Below, one piece after another: positions 57,640 to 64,000 of a stretch of DNA of 64,000 nucleotides. Source of the stretch: Nanobdellota archaeon (GTDB taxonomy: Archaea; Nanobdellota; Nanobdellia; Parvarchaeales; Parvarchaeaceae); contig JAKAPK010000001.1 in the NCBI GenBank assembly GCA_021807125.1, positions 182,354 through 246,353 on the forward strand, written 5' to 3'. Below the pieces are notes generated by a model. That model ran no database searches. It was not told the origin of the DNA and saw only the letters and a list, made by a program, of their open reading frames with translations. The translations under genes and the position numbers were made by a program. How positions within the stretch are numbered: position 1 is the stretch's first letter; each line of letters begins with the position of its first letter.

Positions 57640-60030
57640 ATGGCTAAACGCAAAAAATCAACGAAATTTCCGTTAGCTTCTAAATGTCTGTTTATAATAA
57701 TCATTGCTGTTGTGATAGTTGCGACAACTTTAGCGATTTTATTTGTTAATAATGGGGGTCAGAATCAGCAAACAACAAAAATACTTGGCAGGATTACTTC
57801 GGTAGCATTAAATAGTAATTATTCAACGGCGCATCATATTAGTTACGTTGGCTCTTTCAGTGGTTTTGATTATAGCTCTGGGGCAACAGAAAGATATACG
57901 CTAAACATAACAAATAATGGAAATCGTTCAATAATTATTAACAACGTTTATACAAATACGCCGCTTTTTAATATTACAAATTTTATCGCTCCGTTTATAA
58001 TAGCACCCGGCATAACAAAGAGTATAATTTTAGCCATACAAACTCCAAAGATTTCTTATAATGGGACATTGGTTTTGTTATATAGCTACTCGTTCACTCT
58101 CATTACTATTACAAATTCTTCTGGATCATCAAATAATCAGTCTTCTGGTGGCACGACCAAAAATAACTCATCTAGTTCGTTGAGTTCTTGTTATATAACA
58201 GGAGGGAATTCTTCATACTACGGTACAACCGTACTAGCGCAGGGGGGACAAACATGCGCATTACAGCCGAATTATCATGAAACTCTCGGATTTACAACTT
58301 ATGGTCCAACAGAATTATCAGGTACGTTCTCAACAAATAATAACACGGTAAGCGTATACGTTCTAAGCCAAAGTGAATACAATGCTTTCGAATCTGGTGG
58401 AAGTATTACTTCTTACCAGTGTACCTTGGGAAGTGTAATAACCGGTTCCTTTAATTGTGAAGTTCCAGCAGGTCAGTGGTATCCAGTTATTATAAACTAT
58501 GGCTCTCAAACTAGTCAGATAACATTTACGTCAAATGTAACAGTTGGTTATGTTGCGTATACTGAAACCTCGCCATGGACGATAGTTACTTCGAATACAA
58601 ATTGGCAAATCTCTCAAGGTCGTTATTATTATGAGTGGTTTCAATTGAATAATGCAGCATTAATAACTGGCAGCTTTTCTAGCTCTGGAAATGTAGAGGG
58701 ATATATAATGAACTATTCAGAACTGGAAGCGTTCAATTCAACTGGTAAACCAACCAATTATTATTGTACAGTCGGTACAGTAACTACAGGAGTAATTGGT
58801 TGTGAGCTTGGCATAGGAACGTGGTATCTAGTTCTTGATAATCCAAGTACTTATAATAGCACAAGTGTAAATTGGATAAATCCACTCTCAGCTTATTATT
58901 TGTTAGAAGGCACTACGAACAATGCCTTGTATGATGAGCAATTTGGTCTTACATTCGTAGATAATTTCAACGTTTTAACATACAATGTAACGGCAACAGC
59001 ACAAACAGATCCAAGTGGCTTAGGACCGGGATATCTTCTGAATGGGCTCTCGAATACAGGGTATTGGTACCAAATAGGCGTTTCCTATAACTGGGCGGAT
59101 GGCACACAACATGAAAACGGCTTTTATGCAAATTATGAGGTGTTTAATCCTAGCGGGACGAGTATTTACCCTTATGGTGGTGGCGGAGGACTAAGCTCCT
59201 TTTCTGGACCGGTTTATAATGGTGATACTATAACGTTGACGCTTTACTTTTCAAGCGGCAATGTAATAATGAGTGCAACGGACTTGAATACTGGAGCATA
59301 TGCTAGTTTTTCTTACAATGCTGAAGGCGCAGACGAATTTGTAGGAAATCCAACATCTACGAGTACCAATGGTTTCTTTACAGGACTTATGACTGAATGG
59401 TATCATGTTTTACCATGGTATGGTCCAGGCGATCTAGTCACTTATAATCCATATGGTAGTATCAGCTCACCGGCGTGGCTATGGGTCGACGAGTTCTACT
59501 GTTATTCTTCAAGCTGTTCGGGTCAGAATAACAATATACAATTATTTTCGAACGCGACTATAAATTCCGTATATCCAGAATATACGTTTAATTCAAATGC
59601 GGCACTTTTGAAGTACTTAACAAATGGAGAATTTACAACGGGCCTGCAAAGTTCCAGTACTCAATCCTCTGGAGGTAGCGGATCTGGTAGCGTACTTAAT
59701 GTATCTAGCTACGGTTCTTGTGGTAATTTTGAAATTAGTGAAAATTCTGCAAACCAGGCTAAATTAGGGCAATGTACATGGAGTGGCGGCAATATTACAG
59801 TTACTGATAATGAAGGACAGTTCCAAGGCGCAACTGTATGGATTAATAGCACCGGATCTCCGAACAATATTTACATCTTAGATCAAAGCGTATATGACTA
59901 TCCTTCATGTAGCACGGACTCTAAGTCATACTATTTCCCTGCAGGGACTTATAACGTTTACATAAAAACAAAGTCTACAGGCGCTTCTTGTGCAAATAGT
60001 TATGCTTATGTAGACTTAAGTGTTACTTAA
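57640..60030 (+). CDS. large secreted/anchored Asn/Ser/Thr-rich protein with tandem beta-rich repeats (casposon cargo)
   Basis: N-terminal 'KKSTKFPLASKCLFIIIIAVVIVATTLAILF' signal/anchor and dozens of N-x-S/T sequons. Internal ~70-aa repeat (…VYVLSQSEYNAFESGGSITSYQCTLGSVITGSFNCEVPAGQWYPVIINYG / …GYIMNYSELEAFNSTGKPTNYYCTVGTVTTGVIGCELGIGTWYLVLDNPS). A later region 'GYLLNGLSNTGYWYQIGVSY...GLMTEWYHV' is reminiscent of G1/thermopsin-like beta-sandwich peptidases (weak). Confidence 0.6.
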   Translation: MAKRKKSTKFPLASKCLFIIIIAVVIVATTLAILFVNNGGQNQQTTKILGRITSVALNSNYSTAHHISYVGSFSGFDYSSGATERYTLNITNNGNRSIIINNVYTNTPLFNITNFIAPFIIAPGITKSIILAIQTPKISYNGTLVLLYSYSFTLITITNSSGSSNNQSSGGTTKNNSSSSLSSCYITGGNSSYYGTTVLAQGGQTCALQPNYHETLGFTTYGPTELSGTFSTNNNTVSVYVLSQSEYNAFESGGSITSYQCTLGSVITGSFNCEVPAGQWYPVIINYGSQTSQITFTSNVTVGYVAYTETSPWTIVTSNTNWQISQGRYYYEWFQLNNAALITGSFSSSGNVEGYIMNYSELEAFNSTGKPTNYYCTVGTVTTGVIGCELGIGTWYLVLDNPSTYNSTSVNWINPLSAYYLLEGTTNNALYDEQFGLTFVDNFNVLTYNVTATAQTDPSGLGPGYLLNGLSNTGYWYQIGVSYNWADGTQHENGFYANYEVFNPSGTSIYPYGGGGGLSSFSGPVYNGDTITLTLYFSSGNVIMSATDLNTGAYASFSYNAEGADEFVGNPTSTSTNGFFTGLMTEWYHVLPWYGPGDLVTYNPYGSISSPAWLWVDEFYCYSSSCSGQNNNIQLFSNATINSVYPEYTFNSNAALLKYLTNGEFTTGLQSSSTQSSGGSGSGSVLNVSSYGSCGNFEISENSANQAKLGQCTWSGGNITVTDNEGQFQGATVWINSTGSPNNIYILDQSVYDYPSCSTDSKSYYFPAGTYNVYIKTKSTGASCANSYAYVDLSVT

Positions 60031-60052
60031 CTCGTCAGATAACGTTCCTTCA

Positions 60053-60781
60053 CTATAAAGGCAGTTTATTGTTTAACATTAGAATAGCCGAATAAAAGAG
60101 ATTTACGGCCCCCAACAACACAAAACTCACTCCAAAGACGTTTATGATATAATTATCTCCTAGACCGACCGCAGTAAATAAACTAAGAAGTATCGCAAAA
60201 AGAAAAAACTCGGCAGTGGCCAGTAATGAGGTAAATTTAACTCTTAACAGTGGCGGATTCATATTACTCGAAGCAAAGGCTATCGAAGTGATAATAAGCG
60301 CGAATGAACCCAGCTCAAAATAATTGGTGGGCGAAAATGGCAGAATTATATTATTCGTCGGCACACTTACTGCAAGCACATAAATCAAGAATACAAAACC
60401 AAGAAGCATGACGATTTGTGATAAAATCAATTTCCAATAAGCTACTTGTCGTTCCTCCATTATCTTGAGTTGAGTCGCAAAGCCAAATAAGATAATACAC
60501 CCTCCAAAAAATAAGAAAATTAGGAATATTACTGGAGTTAAAAACTCTGTGTTTAGATGAAACCAAGAAAAGATAAATATTGTTAATATTGGAAGAAACG
60601 AGAAAATTATATATATCACAATCCCTAGAAATACCAGCTTACCGAGAGACGTTCTAGCAATCCAACCATAGACTTCGTGCCCGCACTTTGGACACAACCC
60701 ACTCGAAGTGTTTGTCGGGTCGCATTCGCATGCGCAAGCCACTTTATTTTTTGTCGGATAGATTACACATCTTTTACACAT
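60053..60781 (-). CDS. membrane protein with N-terminal Cys-rich zinc-ribbon
   Basis: 'MCKRCVIYPTKNKVACACECDP...GLCPKCGHEVYGW' followed by ~6 TM segments. Confidence 0.5.
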   Translation of the reverse strand: MCKRCVIYPTKNKVACACECDPTNTSSGLCPKCGHEVYGWIARTSLGKLVFLGIVIYIIFSFLPILTIFIFSWFHLNTEFLTPVIFLIFLFFGGCIILFGFATQLKIMEERQVAYWKLILSQIVMLLGFVFLIYVLAVSVPTNNIILPFSPTNYFELGSFALIITSIAFASSNMNPPLLRVKFTSLLATAEFFLFAILLSLFTAVGLGDNYIINVFGVSFVLLGAVNLFYSAILMLNNKLPL

Positions 60782-60817
60782 GGCATATACAAGACGATAC
60801 GTTACTTATATAATTTA

Positions 60818-60870
60818 AGTTTGTAATCTTTACAAGAATTAGTCTCATTTTAGTGAGATAGCATTATCCC
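60818..60870 (-). repeat. casposon right terminal inverted repeat
   Basis: The reverse complement 'gggataatgctatctcactaaaatgagactaattcttgtaaagattacaaact' pairs with 50422-50474. Confidence 0.85.
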
Positions 60871-60884
60871 CAGATAAAACTGCC
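60871..60884. repeat. target-site duplication, right copy (CAGATAAAACTGCC)
   Basis: Identical to 50408-50421. Its last 4 nt (tgcc) are the reverse complement of the tRNA-Arg(GCG) 3' end (GGCA). Confidence 0.85.
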
Positions 60885-60954
60885 CCCGGCCGGATTTGAA
60901 CCAGCGTCTTCGCCTCCGCAGGGCAATGTTCTGTCCAAGCTAGACTACGGGAGC
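60881..60954 (-). tRNA. tRNA-Arg(GCG)
   Basis: Reverse complement has acceptor gctcccg/cgggggc (one G-U) plus a, anticodon arm ttgcc-ctGCGga-ggcga, and T arm gctgg-ttcaaat-ccggc. Confidence 0.85.
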
Positions 60955-60955
60955 T

Positions 60956-61846
60956 TTACTCATACACTGTCAACCCCATCTCCATTGCAGTCTTTTTTAT
61001 AGCCTCTATTCGTTTCTCCAGAGACGGATGGGTTGAAAATAAGTTCGTAATACTGTGCGTTGAGAGGTTGTTTACGATGAATAAAGATGAAAATGATGCT
61101 GCCTGGGGATTCGGTCTGGAAACATTTCTGGGCTGTGAGTTTACCGATACACTGCTTATTTTTTTCAATGAAGATATGAGTTCGTTAGGTTTTTTTACCA
61201 GTTTTACAGACCCAACATCCGCGTACGACTCCCGGCTTCGCGATATACCTAGCTGCACGAACATCGCACCGATAGGTATGAGTATCGCTGATAAAATCAC
61301 AAGAAAACCAAGGTTGTTGTCGTTACTGTTATTGAAAAGCATGGAAAAAAGCATTATGTTCCCTATGTAAGACACTATCGTTGCAATCGAGGCAGCAATT
61401 GTCGTTACGAGGATGTCTCTGTGCGTGACGTGGCTTATCTCATGCCCTATAACTGCTTCCAGCTCTTTATCATCCAACATCTTGAGTATACTAGAAGTGG
61501 CAACAACAACTGCGTGTTTCTCGTCTCTGCCAGTAGCGAATGCGTTCGGTACGGAGGAGTCCATTATTCCTATCTTCGGCATCGGTATCCCAGCCTCTTC
61601 CGATACCTTTTTAACAACGTTATAAAGTCTGGGATTTTCGCTTTTGGACGTGATCCGCGATCGAGTCAGCCTAAGCGCTATGGTATCACTCTTAAAATAG
61701 AAAAACACGTTCAGGCCGATTGCAAATATGAACATAGCTCCCATTATTAGGTATGGGCTGCCAAAGAACAATCCGAGCACGCCGCCCATAGCAACCATAA
61801 AAAGCGCTAACAGCGTAAAAAGCAGTACTATCTTAAACAATGCCAT
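60956..61846 (-). CDS. htpX: HtpX-family M48 zinc metalloprotease
   Basis: 'AVIGHEISHVTHRD' HExxH, four TM segments and 'THPSLEKRI' near the C-terminus. Confidence 0.88.
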   Translation of the reverse strand: MALFKIVLLFTLLALFMVAMGGVLGLFFGSPYLIMGAMFIFAIGLNVFFYFKSDTIALRLTRSRITSKSENPRLYNVVKKVSEEAGIPMPKIGIMDSSVPNAFATGRDEKHAVVVATSSILKMLDDKELEAVIGHEISHVTHRDILVTTIAASIATIVSYIGNIMLFSMLFNNSNDNNLGFLVILSAILIPIGAMFVQLGISRSRESYADVGSVKLVKKPNELISSLKKISSVSVNSQPRNVSRPNPQAASFSSLFIVNNLSTHSITNLFSTHPSLEKRIEAIKKTAMEMGLTVYE

Positions 61847-61876
61847 TCAATTATAGGATAGTTTAGGTATAAAAAG

Positions 61877-62374
61877 TTAAAGCCGTTTTTCCATGTTTAA
61901 GTAACTTCTAAGTACCCTGTCAAAGCGGTAGTTCATGTGTTCGGCGAAAGCAACGAGCTGCATGGGTGCTTTAACTTCTTTATAATCAGATGAAAACGAT
62001 GCGAACATGCAGTTTACATCATGGTCATAACACAGTTTTGCGTTTATGAGTATGTTTTTGTAAGTTCGGAAGAATTCAGTCGATTCTAGCAGATTTTTTA
62101 GTTTGAATATTACAAACATGCCGTTTTCCTTTAATTTTGAGCATAGCCCTTTATCCAATAAGATGTTATTAATTTCCAAATCTGTAACTATATCCGTTTT
62201 ATGTTTCTGCACGAAGACGTTTATGTCCTTGCCGCCGTATACCTTCAGTTCAAAACCCTTCTTTTCGCAGTCGTGTAATAATCCGTCCTCTATATATAGA
62301 ACCCTATTAAAACCCAAGTAGTGCAGTCTTTCAAGTAGCACTTTGTCGCACTTAGGAACGATATCAAAATACAT
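61877..62374 (-). CDS. rnp3: RNase P protein component 3 (Rpp30-like), short
   Basis: 'MYFDIVP' start and 'DIVTDLE...' pattern. C-terminal 'CMFASFSSDYKEVKAPMQLVAF' resembles the Rpp30 '..sS.A....e.R.P.dl'. Moderate. Confidence 0.55.
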   Translation of the reverse strand: MYFDIVPKCDKVLLERLHYLGFNRVLYIEDGLLHDCEKKGFELKVYGGKDINVFVQKHKTDIVTDLEINNILLDKGLCSKLKENGMFVIFKLKNLLESTEFFRTYKNILINAKLCYDHDVNCMFASFSSDYKEVKAPMQLVAFAEHMNYRFDRVLRSYLNMEKRL

Positions 62375-62437
62375 ATTATAAACGTATGATAGATAGCTAT
62401 TTATATATACGTCTTAATATAGTCAAAATTGTAAAAT

Positions 62438-62623
62438 ATGGAGAAAGCGAATCCGATAGCAGACAATCGACTGTTCAAGGGAGTATACGTTTGTAGAAAT
62501 TGCAAGGCAAAAATACGCGCACCAAATGCAAAATTGATACGTTTGAACAAAGTCAGGTGCAGACGCTGCGGGAGCATCGCTCTAAGGCCTAAGCATAAAG
62601 AACTAAGGAAGCTCAAGGTCTAA
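62438..62623 (+). CDS. rpl40e: 50S ribosomal protein L40e
   Basis: 'RLFKGVYVCRNCKAKIRAPNA...RCRRCGSIALRPKHKE' is the L40e zinc-ribbon pattern. Confidence 0.88.
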   Translation: MEKANPIADNRLFKGVYVCRNCKAKIRAPNAKLIRLNKVRCRRCGSIALRPKHKELRKLKV

Positions 62624-62628
62624 ATAGT

Positions 62629-63870
62629 ATGTCCTTGGCGTCGTTTTTCTATGCTAATGAAAACAATATAATAGCCTTGGTAATAATCGGCATAATTCTA
62701 GCATTTGTAATAATAAATCGAAAGAAATTTGACGTCGAAGGCAAGGTCGTATTCATATATCGCACGAAGATAGGGCTAAACATAATGAAAAGATTTTCCG
62801 CATATAAGCGGTTTTTCAATATTTACGGCATTTTAGGCGTAGTGGCTGGCCTGGGGTCTGTAATCCTGTTCTTGTATCTTATAATCTGGTATTATTTGAA
62901 AATAGCGCTGATTTCTCCGTCAAAGGCGCTTCCCGCAGCGTCATTTGTACTTCCGTTCACAGGAATACCTTATGTAATAGGTGTACCGGTTTTCTATTGG
63001 CTTATAGCTTTGATAGTCGTAGTCGTATTCCATGAGGCTTCGCACGGCATCATAGCACTGTCCAAAAAAGTGAAAGTGAAACATTCTGGTTTCGGTTTTT
63101 TCCTCGGTTTTCTTCCCCTTGCATTCGTAGAACCGGATGAAAAACAGTTCGAGAAAATAAAGACATTTGACAGGTTAAAGGTACTCGCCGCGGGCTCATT
63201 CACCAATCTTCTTATGGGTTTGATATTCTTGGTACTGATAGTAGGTATTTCGAATTATATAATTGCGGGTGGACTTGTCAGCTATGCTCCTATCTATATG
63301 AATATCGTAGGCGTCCAAACAGGCTCGCCTGCGAATCTGTCCGGATTGACAGCAGGTACGACAATCACCAAAATAAATAACATCTCATTTTTGAACTCCG
63401 GACAGTTCGATTCATTTATGCTGGCTATAAAACCAAATCAGACGCTGAGTCTGACGTCATCAAACGGCAATGTATATGATATGGTTTCTATTTACAACAG
63501 CTCAATAAAAAACACGTACCACGGTTACATAGGAGTATACGCCCAAGCCTATTATTCCAGCTATCAACAGACTTTCGGCTTGTTGGGATTGGGGCTTCCG
63601 CCGAATGCATTTCCTATTAACAATCCCGCGTCGCAGTCACTAGTTTGGATAGATGGGCTTCTAGTGTGGATCTCAATAATAGCCTTGGGACTGGCAATAG
63701 CAAATTTCCTTCCTATATTCTATATAACTGATGGGTGTAAAATGTTCTACGAGTTTATGGGTCTCATATTCAAAGATAAAAAAAGACAGCTAAAGGCAAC
63801 AAATGCGATTATTATTGCATTTTCAGCGCTTTTCATATTCTTACTGATACCTCCTTCGTTGTTTTTGTAA
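62629..63870 (+). CDS. site-2 protease family (M50) membrane metalloprotease with PDZ-like insert
   Basis: 'VVVVFHEASHGIIA' HExxH in a TM segment. PDZ-like 'GSPANLSGLTAGTTITKINN' and C-terminal 'NFLPIFYITDG' (NxxPxxxxDG). Confidence 0.82.
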   Translation: MSLASFFYANENNIIALVIIGIILAFVIINRKKFDVEGKVVFIYRTKIGLNIMKRFSAYKRFFNIYGILGVVAGLGSVILFLYLIIWYYLKIALISPSKALPAASFVLPFTGIPYVIGVPVFYWLIALIVVVVFHEASHGIIALSKKVKVKHSGFGFFLGFLPLAFVEPDEKQFEKIKTFDRLKVLAAGSFTNLLMGLIFLVLIVGISNYIIAGGLVSYAPIYMNIVGVQTGSPANLSGLTAGTTITKINNISFLNSGQFDSFMLAIKPNQTLSLTSSNGNVYDMVSIYNSSIKNTYHGYIGVYAQAYYSSYQQTFGLLGLGLPPNAFPINNPASQSLVWIDGLLVWISIIALGLAIANFLPIFYITDGCKMFYEFMGLIFKDKKRQLKATNAIIIAFSALFIFLLIPPSLFL

Positions 63871-63904
63871 TGTTTATAAGTTATAAGTAAATATAAGAAG
63901 AGTA

Positions 63905-64000
63905 TGGCGAAAGTTAAAAAGAGAGCTAAGTTATCCAAGAAGAGACCTATCAAGAGCAAAATCAAAAAAATAAGGCCCAAGAAGGTCATAGTGGACATAA
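63905..64000 (+). CDS. partial ORF with highly basic N-terminus (continues beyond window)
   Basis: MAKVKKRAKLSKKRPIKSKIKKIRPKKVIVDI... It competes with an antisense hydrophobic ORF (63747-63998), so which one is real is unclear. Confidence 0.3.

Larger units (their letters stand above)
50422..60870. mobile_element. casposon (Cas1-casposase + family-B DNA polymerase self-synthesizing transposon), family-2-like
   Basis: TIRs at 50422-50474 and 60818-60870, and a 14-bp TSD. It encodes Cas1-HTH, PolB, HNH, HTH and Zn-finger genes. It is inserted at the tRNA-Arg(GCG) 3' end. No CRISPR array or cas2 in the window. Confidence 0.85.

Noticed and set aside
50391-60884. Integrated virus or plasmid using a 31-nt att direct repeat at a tRNA gene
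   Set aside because: No tyrosine or serine integrase, capsid or packaging genes are present. The 31-nt repeat decomposes into 17 nt of a TIR plus a 14-nt target duplication. The element has 53-bp inverted termini plus Cas1 and PolB, which fits a casposon better.
63747-63998. 83-aa hydrophobic minus-strand ORF
   Set aside because: It overlaps the 3' 124 nt of the M50 protease gene and is antisense to a basic plus-strand partial ORF. With an AT-rich shadow composition it cannot be supported.
50000-64000. Looked for a CRISPR array, cas2 or other cas genes around the Cas1 ORF
   Set aside because: No array of short direct repeats with unique spacers is visible anywhere in the window. The neighbours of cas1 are HTH, Zn-ribbon, PolB and HNH genes inside TIRs, so Cas1 is read as a casposase rather than a CRISPR adaptation enzyme.

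Overview
AT-rich archaeal chromosomal window. It is archaeal because it has an intron-containing tRNA, aIF2-gamma, S6e, L40e, Alba, RpoK, SRP54, FtsZ and SecE. It also has the proteasome-alpha/SBDS/Rrp4/Rrp41/Rrp42 exosome superoperon, RNase P proteins, archaeal-type GAPDH and PGK, and a Sulfolobus/Thermoplasma-type Zn-ferredoxin. A plasma-membrane-type P-type ATPase hints at a Thermoplasmata-like acidophile, but the lineage cannot be fixed from sequence alone. Most of the window is dense housekeeping coding sequence plus seven tRNA genes. The standout is a 10,449-bp casposon at 50422-60870. It encodes a Cas1 homolog with a C-terminal HTH (casposase), a family-B DNA polymerase, an HNH nuclease, several HTH and Zn-finger proteins, and an unusual 796-aa secreted cargo protein. 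It is bounded by ~53-bp imperfect terminal inverted repeats and a perfect 14-bp target-site duplication that overlaps the 3' end of tRNA-Arg(GCG). There is no cas2, no other cas gene and no CRISPR array in the window. Its left junction abuts a solo copy of the same right-end TIR. Diverged copies of that ~30-nt TIR motif also lie next to tRNA-Arg(UCU) (32361-32391) and downstream of tRNA-Lys (6457-6487 and 7252-7283). This suggests repeated tRNA-targeted insertions and decayed or non-autonomous relatives. Lesser observations: an HNH gene whose catalytic N-terminus has no start codon in frame, a FAU-1 RNase gene inside the exosome operon, a bacterial-type CoaD, adjacent triphosphate-tunnel (CYTH) proteins, a Dph2 lacking domain 1, and several small genes missing from the ORF track (RpoK, Zn-ribbons, a pilin-like peptide). 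All calls come from reading the translations and hand alignment; no database search was run.
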